IMG/VR virus record: IMGVR_UViG_3300022930_000002
Location: 1-56,680 of that record
Length of the DNA: 56,680 nt
Strand: one strand, 5' to 3'
DNA from: a virus
Shown: piece after piece, positions 8,263 through 17,307 of the stretch
Layout of the letters: every line of letters begins with the position of its first letter
How positions within the stretch are numbered: the stretch's first letter is position 1
Program-made: the position numbers and the translations under genes
The notes under the pieces: generated by a model
What the model was told of the DNA's origin: nothing
Databases searched by the model: none
Seen by the model: the letters and a program-made list of their open reading frames with translations, nothing else

Positions 8263-8816
8263 TGGCTATCCATTACATCCAACCTTATAGCACTGCCAAA
8301 AATATTGGTGGTGCTATTAATTTGGCCATTGAAAGTTTAGTTACTACCGACGATGATTGGATCGTACTTTTAGATCACGATGTAATGTTTCTCCGGCCAG
8401 ATAGTAAATTTCAACTCGAGCAGATTCTTAATGCAGATCATAATTTTGCTATTTTAAGTTGTATGACAAATAGGCTAGCTGATCGAGAGCTTCTAGTTCC
8501 TGGAATGTTTGAGGAAACTGATATCTTGAAACATATTGAAATTGCAAATGCTTACCATAAAACTCACTACGGTAAAGTCAGTCCGACCAGAAAAAACTTA
8601 GCTGCAATGGTCCTGTGTTTCAAAATAGATACTTGGAGATTTCTGGGTAGGTTTGTGGAGAACTCTTTAAAGTTTGATTCCACTTTTTGTATAAGAGCTA
8701 AGAACTCTGGACTAAATTTGGGTATAATTATTGGCATTTATGTTTTCCATTTATACCGGATGGGTCAGCCAGGAGAAGCAAGAAAAAATTATGCGCATTT
8801 ATTAAATGAAAATTAG
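8262..8816 (+). CDS. glycosyltransferase, GT2-like
   Basis: YS.AKNIGGAINLAIE..DDDWIVLLDHDVMF (DxD) pattern. Confidence 0.65.
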   Translation: MAIHYIQPYSTAKNIGGAINLAIESLVTTDDDWIVLLDHDVMFLRPDSKFQLEQILNADHNFAILSCMTNRLADRELLVPGMFEETDILKHIEIANAYHKTHYGKVSPTRKNLAAMVLCFKIDTWRFLGRFVENSLKFDSTFCIRAKNSGLNLGIIIGIYVFHLYRMGQPGEARKNYAHLLNEN

Positions 8817-8854
8817 TATATTCGCATCATTGTTTCGTAAACGGTGTTTTTTAA

Positions 8855-8887
8855 ACCGCAGGAGTTTTAGCTTTCTTCTGCGGTTTT
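8855..8887. terminator. bidirectional terminator between convergent glycosyltransferase and portal genes
   Basis: CCGCAGGAG-N10-CTTCTGCGG hairpin followed by TTTTT. Confidence 0.6.
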
Positions 8888-8891
8888 TCTT

Positions 8892-10325
8892 TTACACCTG
8901 TGATCCATCTTCCTGACTAGAATTATCTGTCTCTCCGGCAGTACTGGTTGTCAAAGTTTTACCTTCCAACACATCACTCATCAAAACATAATTTTTAGAG
9001 ATATAAATCTCATCCATACCAGGTTGGTTCAACTTACCAAAACCGATTACTTCTCTTTTCTCATTCGGAGTAAGGAAGAAAGCTTTTTCCATCCATTCTG
9101 AAACAGTTTTAACATCTTCAGAAAGCTCAGGTAAGCTCATGTAATCTATCACGATGATATATTCCTCACCATCCATCAAATACGGTGTACAAATGAAATC
9201 TGTAAGACCTTCAGCGACTTTATCTGCTACCGGAGATACGCCATCATAGATCAATTGCTTCTTTGCTGTAGAGACATTGTTGTATGTAGAGCTTTCCAGA
9301 CTTCTAAAGTATAATGGCACCTTGTATCCACGATAAACATCGTCAGATTTAGCATTTACTATCTTCAAAAGCTCCAAATCAGATGAATTAAGCCCTATTT
9401 CAGTAAAATCAAGAGGAATAGAGGCTGGAATCAATCTTTCAAGAGGACCGTTGCCAGTATGGGCCATAATAAGGGTTTCCTTAAGACCTTCCTGTTGATC
9501 GGTGCCAAACTCATCTTCTACATTTTTAGGTGAAATAAAGCCTAATTTACCCCCATTTTTCATCTGTTTATCAGCCTGTTTATCACCATTTTTGATGATA
9601 TCCATCGAATATAAGTACGGACGAATAGGAGACATACCATAAAGGTGTGTTCCAAAGGGAGAATAACGCAAATTCAGCATTTTTAAGTGCTTTATCTGCC
9701 TTGCGGGGTATTCTTGTTGTGAAGATGATCCCCAGTTCAAAAAATAGCGTAATACGGGGTTATCTGTGCCTCCACTGATGATTTTCATCTCATCTGGCAT
9801 CACAAACATCTCAGACCATTTTTTATCGTTTATTTGAGTGCCCGCATTACCATAAATGAATGTATTTCCCGTTATAAGTAGTTGAGCTACCATTAATTCG
9901 ATAAAATCATCCCCAGTCATATTTGGATTAGGCTTTTTAAGCAACTTATCGATTCTATCTACCTTTACTTCTTCAAGTACGGTATTTTTCATCTTCATTG
10001 CTTTGGCCCTATCCATCATATTGTCGGATCGGGAGAGATTCTTGTACATTTTATAGCCTTCAGAATCTTTGACTCTGTAAACAATACGGGGAGATTGTTT
10101 GATTTTATTTGCGATCAGAGTCACACACTCATAGACTGCACCTATCGTTTCAAACGAATTTACATAGTCGTGATGGTCCGGATCAATGATTACCTGGCCA
10201 TTGTTAAGAAAGCTGAATACGGAGCGATTATACGCAGTAAGTGCTGCGGACTTAACCAGTTTAACGGCAAGATCATTCGCTGCACTTTCAATATCTTTCT
10301 TGAATATTTGTTTAAAAAGTCCCAT
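8892..10325 (-). CDS. portal protein
   Basis: 477 aa, immediately downstream of the large terminase; size and position typical; acidic C-terminus. Confidence 0.8.
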   Translation of the reverse strand: MGLFKQIFKKDIESAANDLAVKLVKSAALTAYNRSVFSFLNNGQVIIDPDHHDYVNSFETIGAVYECVTLIANKIKQSPRIVYRVKDSEGYKMYKNLSRSDNMMDRAKAMKMKNTVLEEVKVDRIDKLLKKPNPNMTGDDFIELMVAQLLITGNTFIYGNAGTQINDKKWSEMFVMPDEMKIISGGTDNPVLRYFLNWGSSSQQEYPARQIKHLKMLNLRYSPFGTHLYGMSPIRPYLYSMDIIKNGDKQADKQMKNGGKLGFISPKNVEDEFGTDQQEGLKETLIMAHTGNGPLERLIPASIPLDFTEIGLNSSDLELLKIVNAKSDDVYRGYKVPLYFRSLESSTYNNVSTAKKQLIYDGVSPVADKVAEGLTDFICTPYLMDGEEYIIVIDYMSLPELSEDVKTVSEWMEKAFFLTPNEKREVIGFGKLNQPGMDEIYISKNYVLMSDVLEGKTLTTSTAGETDNSSQEDGSQV

Positions 10326-10347
10326 ATTCTATCAAATGTAATTATTT

Positions 10348-11706
10348 TTATATTAAGTCGCTCACATCGTAGTCAGCATCAACCAGTTCCTCTGGTTTTA
10401 GAACCGTGAACGATTCTGTTTTACTAACGGCTTCTACTATTTTTGCTTTTATATCTTCAACTTTAGGTTTGCTTCCCCATCCGAAACTGGCCTTACGTTT
10501 TTTCTTACCTATAGACATCATTTCGTGATATCTGAATCCATCAATCGCGTGATCAAAACCTCCGGCAGGCTTATTAAGTTTCACTCCATTTTTATCTACA
10601 TCCCACGAGTACTGGCGCAGCTCTTTGATAAGCTCCACACTTCGCGAGGTGATAAGATAATCCTGCTGTTGCATAATTTGAACTCCATACATTATGGAAT
10701 CTTTACCCTTCATTACCGGATGAATATTTACATCAGCTTTCTTGATCTCAGCTATGGATTTAGGTTCGGCACTATCAGCATAAACGATTGGCGGGGTATC
10801 TCCGGTTTTCAATACATCCACTATGGCACTGTTGAGCAGCCCAGTTTTATAACATCTTAAATCCGCAATTCTTTTGCTTCCGTAAATGTAAATATCAACT
10901 ACAGCAGTAGGGTCATTGGTGTACCCAAAATCCAGACCAGAACCTACAAATACAGCTCCTTCAGGGATATCTGGTATAATCTCCCAGTTTCCAAAAATAA
11001 CTCCTTCTAAAGAGCCTAATAAGCCGAGACCGTATACTTTCCACCAGTTTGCCCAGAACTTATTCTTGATATTCTTTTCATCGTGAATATTTCCTTCCGG
11101 ATCAATAAATCCTTTATCCCTGGACTTCTCAATCTCTCGTTTAATGGAGTCCGGCAGGCCTTCATTGTCTTTATAAGTAAGAGTAAGCCATTCGGTATCT
11201 TCATCCTCTTTACACTCTGTATAAGCCCAAAATTCGTTTGATGGGTTAAAATCGAGCCAGATATATTTCGAAGTACGGATGGCAAGCTGATGATAAGTTT
11301 CGAAAGTTAAGTTGTTACACTCATTGACATACAGAATATGTCTACGGGGACCCCTTACTTTATCTTCCTGGTCAGCAGAGAAGAACTCGATATAAGAACC
11401 ATTACTGAAAGTGTAGGTTAGCTGAGTTTTATTATAATTCTCATCAATGTACCTACCCGTAAGCTTCATTATTTTTAAAAAATCCTTTAATGCCCCTTTC
11501 CTTAAATGGGGGACCGACTCTGAGACAATGGATATCTCAGTCATTGGATTTTTAATGGCCTCGTCGATCAGCAAGGGGATGATACCAAATGTTTTACCCG
11601 CACTGGAACCACCTGGAATAACCCTTGTGCGCTTCTTTAGCTTCCGCAGCTTTTTGATAGCTGTGGTATAAACAAATCCATCTATGGCCGATACTGCTTG
11701 CTGCAT
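10348..11706 (-). CDS. terL: terminase large subunit (ATG at 11706; ORF track extends to a TTG at 11715)
   Basis: Walker A-like PGGSSAGKTF, Walker B-like ILYVNE, C-terminal nuclease-like ADSAEPKSI. Confidence 0.85.
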   Translation of the reverse strand: MQQAVSAIDGFVYTTAIKKLRKLKKRTRVIPGGSSAGKTFGIIPLLIDEAIKNPMTEISIVSESVPHLRKGALKDFLKIMKLTGRYIDENYNKTQLTYTFSNGSYIEFFSADQEDKVRGPRRHILYVNECNNLTFETYHQLAIRTSKYIWLDFNPSNEFWAYTECKEDEDTEWLTLTYKDNEGLPDSIKREIEKSRDKGFIDPEGNIHDEKNIKNKFWANWWKVYGLGLLGSLEGVIFGNWEIIPDIPEGAVFVGSGLDFGYTNDPTAVVDIYIYGSKRIADLRCYKTGLLNSAIVDVLKTGDTPPIVYADSAEPKSIAEIKKADVNIHPVMKGKDSIMYGVQIMQQQDYLITSRSVELIKELRQYSWDVDKNGVKLNKPAGGFDHAIDGFRYHEMMSIGKKKRKASFGWGSKPKVEDIKAKIVEAVSKTESFTVLKPEELVDADYDVSDLI

Positions 11707-11721
11707 ACGAACCAAAGATAA

Positions 11722-11749
11722 ATAAAAAAGCCAACACTAGTATGTTGGC
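11722..11749 (-). terminator. intrinsic terminator
   Basis: Minus strand GCCAACA-loop-TGTTGGC hairpin followed by TTTTTT. Confidence 0.55.
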
Positions 11750-11757
11750 CATTTATT

Positions 11758-11961
11758 CTACTTCAGATCAATTAATTTTTTAAATAATATCTTGGGGTTC
11801 AAGGAATGGTAATTGGTCCACCATCCGGTAAAGGGTACAACCCAATACATGATTCCGTAGCCGGTCAATCTGTTATCCGTTTTCTCTTTGTAGACTCGGA
11901 TAAAGAATATCTGAATTATAAAATTCAATACTGCCAGTTTTGTAATATCGTACTTTCTCAT
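11758..11961 (-). CDS. small membrane protein
   Basis: ORF track; hydrophobic segment LAVLNFIIQIFFI. Confidence 0.5.
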   Translation of the reverse strand: MRKYDITKLAVLNFIIQIFFIRVYKEKTDNRLTGYGIMYWVVPFTGWWTNYHSLNPKILFKKLIDLK

Positions 11962-11962
11962 T

Positions 11963-12103
11963 TTATTTGTCTCTAGGTGGAAATACTTTTAAAGGTTTTT
12001 GCTTATCCCATTTTTCCTTAAGCTTTTCAAGGTAGGTCTTGCGGATGCCTGCTCGGGTAGCGATGGCTGCTTTAACTGTTGCTGTCTTTAGCGTTACTTT
12101 CAT
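11963..12103 (-). CDS. possible 46-aa basic protein
   Basis: Hand translation MKVTLKTATVKAAIATRAGIRKTYLEKLKEKWDKQKPLKVFPPRDK; overlaps the end of ORF 12072-12380 by 32 nt. Confidence 0.3.
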   Translation of the reverse strand: MKVTLKTATVKAAIATRAGIRKTYLEKLKEKWDKQKPLKVFPPRDK

Positions 12104-12380
12104 TTTTGGGGAAATATTTTTCAGGATTATATTCTACTAATTCGATTTCTGTTCCCCAGGAACTTTGCCCATCGGGAGTGATATAGTGCGTTTCTCCATT
12201 CAAATAAGCTAAATTTTTATTACAGCAGAATACCAACATATTAGCCAGTTTCAATGCCTCAGCTTTATTGGCAGGAGAACCTACAATTTGTAACCCCCAC
12301 CAGATGTCAACTCCGTTGGATAATTTTATAGAACCGACTTCTTCTGACTCGGGACTAAGTTCTGTTATTTCTACTTTCAT
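12072..12380 (-). CDS. hypothetical protein
   Basis: ORF track; overlapping stop/start with upstream gene. Confidence 0.6.
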   Translation of the reverse strand: MKVEITELSPESEEVGSIKLSNGVDIWWGLQIVGSPANKAEALKLANMLVFCCNKNLAYLNGETHYITPDGQSSWGTEIELVEYNPEKYFPKNESNAKDSNS

Positions 12381-12571
12381 ACTCTGATCTCGTAATAATT
12401 ATTTTTCTTGTGATACCTGGACTCCTGATCTTTGATGATCTCCTTTACTCGGTAGCTGATGCCTTCGAAACAAACGGTAGTTCCATGAACTACTACTGAT
12501 GGGGTATGGAACGCGAAGAATCTCTGATCAACGTTATACCTGTGGGTTTTTAATGGTTTTAGATTTATCAT
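12377..12571 (-). CDS. hypothetical protein
   Basis: ORF track; 4-nt overlaps on both sides. Confidence 0.6.
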   Translation of the reverse strand: MINLKPLKTHRYNVDQRFFAFHTPSVVVHGTTVCFEGISYRVKEIIKDQESRYHKKNNYYEIRV

Positions 12572-13077
12572 TTTCGTAATGCTGTATGTTTCTCCACTTC
12601 CGGAAGTTGTTTTAGTTTTTCATAATCCCACCGGAAGCCTTTAAAGGAAAAATACCTTCCTATTCTTCGACACACTTTTTGTATGTTACTGTGTTTAGGG
12701 TCGGTGCCGATAGATATCGCTGCCTCTTTTACAGAAGGGAAGGATTGAATATACCTGCCCTTCAGATCGTACTGGTGAACTTCCTTAATATTAGGCATTG
12801 CATAAACCACATCAGGCTTGTCAACCGGATTGAACTTCTGCTTATGCCTCCTTAGATAATCGTGCACCTGGCTAAGTTTGAACCGCAGCGTTTCTTCAAG
12901 CTCCGTAGCAAGCATAAGTTTACTGGTATGTAGATTATTTACCAGATATTTGGACCCTATCAGTTCCTCACCTTCCTGGTTATGTAACACAAAACCATTC
13001 TCGTGCCGGCCCCGACAGGTTAGTTCCTCAATCGTAAACTGGGGAGTGATCCGATATCTTGTCTCACCTTTATTCAT
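12568..13077 (-). CDS. hypothetical protein with C-terminal NUMOD1/IENR1-like DNA-binding module
   Basis: FPSVKEAAISIG..NIQKVCRR...FKGFRWDY resembles the HTH module of phage homing nucleases; no nuclease motif seen. Confidence 0.5.
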   Translation of the reverse strand: MNKGETRYRITPQFTIEELTCRGRHENGFVLHNQEGEELIGSKYLVNNLHTSKLMLATELEETLRFKLSQVHDYLRRHKQKFNPVDKPDVVYAMPNIKEVHQYDLKGRYIQSFPSVKEAAISIGTDPKHSNIQKVCRRIGRYFSFKGFRWDYEKLKQLPEVEKHTALRK

Positions 13078-13246
13078 CGACTTTCAACAGTATTTTATTT
13101 GCTTCTTCCACTTGTTTAGGAGAGAAAGTTGCAGCGATGATGTCACGGCACAATTCTTTTCTTCTATACCGCAGGCTCGGATTGTTGCTCGGTCCTGGGA
13201 AATACTTCACTGCTATATCAAAAACTTTCTTTACTTTATCTTGCAT
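13070..13246 (-). CDS. hypothetical 58-aa protein
   Basis: Hand translation MQDKVKKVFDIAVKYFPGPSNNPSLRYRRKELCRDIIAATFSPKQVEEANKILLKVDE; ATGAATAA overlap with the next gene. Confidence 0.5.
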   Translation of the reverse strand: MQDKVKKVFDIAVKYFPGPSNNPSLRYRRKELCRDIIAATFSPKQVEEANKILLKVDE

Positions 13247-13960
13247 TTTTTATCAAATTTAAAAACACTGCTACACTAATTTTTAATTCTTCTAACGTCC
13301 CATTATTCTTGATCTCGTAATCGAAATTAGCATCATCAAGAGCCGTTTCAGATGGGTGCTGACAACTGATTTGGTATCGCGGTGGATTCTTAAAGTTATA
13401 CCTCCTTTAGCTTTAACAGCTTCCAGTTCGTTTTCGAACCGCATATCAGATATAATCCAATTTGGGTATATAGGCGGGTGTTTAGAAATATAAATGCCAT
13501 CCTTTAATTTCTCCCAACTGTATTCAGAACCATCGGATAATCTTCCTCTGTAATCTGCAAATAAAGCATTTACGTGGATATTTTTATGAATCACATCGCG
13601 CATTGCATCTGTGCCTAAAGCCTGTAAAAGCCAACGCATCGTAGGTTCGTATAAAACATATGCTTTCTTGGCAATTGGTCCCAATTTATAAAATTCAATA
13701 GGAGTTAATATTTTTCGTGAGCCTGTCGCTAGAAAAAAGTACTCATTGGAATAGAAACTCCACTCAGGACCAAGCTTCGAATCCTTCACTTCCTGCTTTT
13801 CTAAATCTTCGACAGGGATACCTGTCAATAACGAAACAATCTGTTTCAATTTACCCGCGAACTTTTTAACTTCCCAAGTTTTAGGCTGTATGTCCTGGAT
13901 CATCTGGGCTACGGTATCTTTGCCCGAGCCAATTTTACCTGAGATTGAAATTATGCTCAT
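13236..13960 (-). CDS. deoxynucleoside monophosphate kinase (T4 gp1-like), with an apparent -1 frame break near 13359-13400
   Basis: P-loop GKIGSGKDT at the N-terminus. The canonical C-terminus HPSETALDDANFDYEIKNNGTLEEL is only readable in the -1 frame and ends at 13236. Confidence 0.7.
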
Positions 13961-13978
13961 AGTTGTTTCTTTATTTGT

Positions 13979-14203
13979 TTAATATCCATTATTTTCTGTG
14001 TCAAATCCAGCCAACCACATTGGGTCTACAGTTAGTGGGATTGATATTTCTATTTTATTTCCTACAGTAACCGAAGCAAACCAATGCTTATCTTGTTTTT
14101 TCTTCACTACAAATAATCTAAAACCTTTGTATGTTTTATAAAACCCTTCAAATTCATCATCTGAATTTTCTATAAATCCTAAACCTAGCGCAGTTGCTTT
14201 CAT
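13979..14203 (-). CDS. hypothetical protein
   Basis: ORF track. Confidence 0.6.
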   Translation of the reverse strand: MKATALGLGFIENSDDEFEGFYKTYKGFRLFVVKKKQDKHWFASVTVGNKIEISIPLTVDPMWLAGFDTENNGY

Positions 14204-14403
14204 CTTTTTAATATTTCCTGTGCTTCCTTCAGCACGTTTGACTGGTAAACTTCTGTGTTGTAAAGGTCGGTAATCTGCGCCTGATATTTAGTAATATCTG
14301 CGTGACTTCCTAACAGCGAACGATACTTATCGTCGGCATAGGCGTGGTGCTTTCCGGAGAGTATAATCCAGAAAGCCCGCAGTGCCATTTTAAGCCTGGT
14401 CAT
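14200..14403 (-). CDS. hypothetical protein
   Basis: ORF track; overlaps neighbours. Confidence 0.55.
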   Translation of the reverse strand: MTRLKMALRAFWIILSGKHHAYADDKYRSLLGSHADITKYQAQITDLYNTEVYQSNVLKEAQEILKR

Positions 14404-15457
14404 CTTGTAAAGATTTAAATTTTTCCTCAGCTCTTAACAACCATTTCCCTTGAAAAAATATTGTAACACCATCATAGACAATTTCCATCCCTTTTTTAGT
14501 TACATACAATTGTTCTCGGGAACTTCCACAAATTAAAATCTTTTTATTTTTAACAATGAAATCTTCCGCAGCTTTTCTTGTTGAAAATATAGCATATTTT
14601 TCATTAGATAATTTATACTCAGATAATTTGAATTTATGTTTGTCTCCATCGGTTTTCTCAGATTGACCATGCCAATCCAATTTTAGATTTTCTCTTACTA
14701 CTACCCAGAAAAAATCTCCCTTGAACAGTTCAACACCATCTACAGATGTGATCAAAGGTTTCCTGTTTGCTTTAGCAATCCATTCTTCCGCAGCTTCAGG
14801 TGTAGAGAAAGCTTTATATTCTTCACCTCGAGTCAAAGGAGACATCCTAGAATTAACAGTGAATTTTCCTTTATACGCCCAATCCTTAAGTTTCACTACG
14901 TTGTAATACTGATCAACTGTATACAAGGGAACACCATCTTCAGAAGTCATCACAAATACTGGCGGGGTGATCCCTACTTCTTTGGCGAAGTCTGCGAAAG
15001 CAATTAATTCATATCCTTGTGCATCGTGGTTAAACTTATCCTTGAAAGATATTAAATTTGGAAATCCTCCAAAATCATCTAACTGACTTATTTTATAATA
15101 AGTTGGGATTCTACCGGTGCACCATCTCCATCCTTTACTTTCATAATGCTCCATCAGCAATTTAAACTCACGTTCATTGTTAACCTGGATCGCGCACATG
15201 CCAGTAAGAATAGATTGGGATGCAGCGCAATCGAAAGTAAAATCAAGAACAGGTTTCTCCAATATTTTAGCCCACCGGCCATACTCGTAAACGTAGTGCC
15301 CGTTTTCCGCATCAGTTATTGAATCGTAATCTTCAGGATTCAATTCAAATTTCCCAGATGAAGTATAAGTTCCACCATCGATAAAAGGTACGAATCTAAT
15401 CCCTTTGGGATAATTGTCGTAAGCGAGTTTTAGCAACTCATGTTTTTCCATTTTCAT
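14390..15457 (-). CDS. hypothetical protein with internal repeat
   Basis: Two copies of Y.(A/I)FST..AAE.(W/F)I..(A/N) motif (KAFSTPEAAEEWIAKAN / AIFSTRKAAEDFIVKNK). Confidence 0.65.
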   Translation of the reverse strand: MKMEKHELLKLAYDNYPKGIRFVPFIDGGTYTSSGKFELNPEDYDSITDAENGHYVYEYGRWAKILEKPVLDFTFDCAASQSILTGMCAIQVNNEREFKLLMEHYESKGWRWCTGRIPTYYKISQLDDFGGFPNLISFKDKFNHDAQGYELIAFADFAKEVGITPPVFVMTSEDGVPLYTVDQYYNVVKLKDWAYKGKFTVNSRMSPLTRGEEYKAFSTPEAAEEWIAKANRKPLITSVDGVELFKGDFFWVVVRENLKLDWHGQSEKTDGDKHKFKLSEYKLSNEKYAIFSTRKAAEDFIVKNKKILICGSSREQLYVTKKGMEIVYDGVTIFFQGKWLLRAEEKFKSLQDDQA

Positions 15458-15458
15458 A

Positions 15459-15680
15459 TTAGCTTTTTTCTTTACAAATTAATTTTGAACATTCCGAATA
15501 CATTCCCATATCCAGGGCGATGGTCTCAGCTACAGTTATAAATTTAATAGTGAAACCGGCATTAGATAAATCGGTGAAATCTTTTTCACTTGATTTACTT
15601 AAATGGTCCTTATGACAAGCTTTTACAAAACAGCCACATCTCTCACAAATTGCAACCTTACTTACTTTCTCGTTTTCCAT
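15459..15680 (-). CDS. Cys-rich small protein (zinc-binding candidate)
   Basis: CERCGCFVKACHKDH ... CSKLIC. Confidence 0.55.
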   Translation of the reverse strand: MENEKVSKVAICERCGCFVKACHKDHLSKSSEKDFTDLSNAGFTIKFITVAETIALDMGMYSECSKLICKEKS

Positions 15681-16126
15681 TATTTAAATTTACGGATTAA
15701 CGAATCAATGTCTACCTGCTCAAATTTATAATCTGATTCAAGTGTGTATAAATAATTTTTACGGAAGGCCTTATCAACTAATTCCATATCAATTCCTTCC
15801 CAATCAATATCCTTAAACGGTCGAAGAAAATAAATAGATTTTCCTGTAATGTTCTCTGCGATTGCTTTCTCCATCATCACGTCCATTACTACCACAGAGC
15901 CGGTGTATGATCCATATCCACATAGTGGGACCAGTGAAGTGTTGGCATAAATTTCATCTGCGGATTTTACTGCTTCCCAGGCAGGAACTCCATCATGCCA
16001 AGCAAATCCAACCACCTGGTCAAATGTAAAATCGCCTTGTATTCCTTTGGCAATTTCGATAGTATATTCAGCCGTACCAACCTCGTCATCCTGAATAACA
16101 TCGCTGTCAATAAATATTCTTTTCAT
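15680..16126 (-). CDS. hypothetical protein (start trimmed to the ATG at 16126)
   Basis: The ORF-track N-terminal extension to 16201 runs through a conserved promoter motif; MKRIFIDSD follows it. Confidence 0.6.
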   Translation of the reverse strand: MKRIFIDSDVIQDDEVGTAEYTIEIAKGIQGDFTFDQVVGFAWHDGVPAWEAVKSADEIYANTSLVPLCGYGSYTGSVVVMDVMMEKAIAENITGKSIYFLRPFKDIDWEGIDMELVDKAFRKNYLYTLESDYKFEQVDIDSLIRKFK

Positions 16127-16146
16127 AGCTTTTTTGTTTATGCCAT

Positions 16147-16197
16147 CAAATGTAAAAAGATAAAATGACATCCGCAAATATTTTGTAAATATTTTTT
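16147..16197 (-). promoter_or_regulatory. promoter of the AAAAATATTTACAAAATATTTG class (minus strand)
   Basis: Minus strand AAAAAATATTTACAAAATATTTG-N20-TACATTTG, 20 nt before the ATG at 16126. Confidence 0.6.
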
Positions 16198-16239
16198 CCA
16201 TATAGGTGAAAATTTGGGCAGAAAAATTTTAGGACCGGT

Positions 16240-16733
16240 CCCCCAGTATAGTATATTAAAAGTTTTTTATGGTAGTAAAGTGCTTTATCATCTCTTAAAC
16301 GTGTCTCCTGGGGTATTATTTAATTACTGTCAACAATTGCTTTAACTTAAAAATAGGCTAGAATTTCTGGGGGAAGGCCCCCTGGCCACCGGCCCCCAGG
16401 AGGCTATGCTTTATTTAATTTACAGGGTCTACGGTGCCCCAGGATCAACGATATATTTCAGCCCTGCTGCGGGTCCATCCGTAAAAGATAATTGTTTGTA
16501 GCTCCCCCTCGTTAAGTCGCTGATATTCTGGGGTTTAAACGGTATTTTATTTGTCTCATAATTAACATTATGTTAAGTACGATTTAAAATAGGTTGTTTT
16601 AGCCCCTCCCCTACCCTACCGGAATACTGATATATAAATAAAAAAGGACCTAAACATCCACATTGTTAGTGTGTGCTTAAGTCCTTAAATGTTTGGTTGA
16701 GGCCTGTTTTTGTAGCGTGGTTTTATTCTGGGG
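16240..16733. repeat. cluster of seven CTGGGG / CCCCAG motifs in a non-coding GC-rich patch next to terS (pac / TerS-binding candidate)
   Basis: CCCCCAG at 16240, 16393 and 16437 (CCCCAG). CTGGGG at 16308, 16367, 16528 and 16728. TTCTGGGG occurs 3 times. Confidence 0.5.
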
Positions 16734-17160
16734 TCGTTTCCTCGTTTATAGGATCATCGGTAAACAAGGGTTGTTCCTTGACCGTTTTAACCTCTTGTTT
16801 GTCTACAAGGCCGTTTAAACGTTGTGTAATGGAAGGATTATAAAGGCCTGCAAGCCCGCCCGCTATTTGATCTTGCCTAATTGCCCTGCGTATACGCGAA
16901 CAGACAGTCGTAAAATCTGAGTACCTATTATCAGTATTAGCAAAATAATCTCTTAACTCCCACGGCATACCATCAATACAAGCTACGTATTCTTCATAGC
17001 CTTCCATGGTTAACGCCCTTTCTTTCATCCTGTTAACGGGTATTGCATCCTTACCAACATAATCTACAATTATAAACGGGTCTGATTTAGTCTCATTTTT
17101 ATAATCTATAAACATATCCCAAAGTTGCTGCGGGTCCGTTACTAATTTATGCCTTCCCAT
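16723..17160 (-). CDS. terS: terminase small subunit
   Basis: MGRHKL..DP..LW..F..Y start, central ...PLTMEGY..., C-terminal QDQIAGGLAGLYNPSITQRLNG pattern typical of Terminase_2-type TerS. Confidence 0.65.
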   Translation of the reverse strand: MGRHKLVTDPQQLWDMFIDYKNETKSDPFIIVDYVGKDAIPVNRMKERALTMEGYEEYVACIDGMPWELRDYFANTDNRYSDFTTVCSRIRRAIRQDQIAGGLAGLYNPSITQRLNGLVDKQEVKTVKEQPLFTDDPINEETTPE

Positions 17161-17290
17161 ATCTTTAAATATTAAGTTATCAATACAACAAATATAAGGC
17201 CTTAATCAATAGAGCGTATATGTTATATAAACCCTAGGATATTGATTGATTAAGAAATTATGTTTTACCAGGAGGCCTCACAGTCTGCGA

Positions 17291-17307
17291 TGTTCACGAA
17301 CTGAACA
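17291..17307. promoter_or_regulatory. perfect dyad TGTTCA-N5-TGAACA (operator candidate)
   Basis: TGTTCACGAACTGAACA read in the divergent intergenic region. Confidence 0.35.

Noticed and set aside
10095-11671. ORFs 10095-10409, 10525-10860, 11016-11285 and 11447-11671 within the portal and terminase genes
   Set aside because: They are embedded in, or antisense to, confidently identified packaging genes. Their products are compositionally odd and lack motifs.
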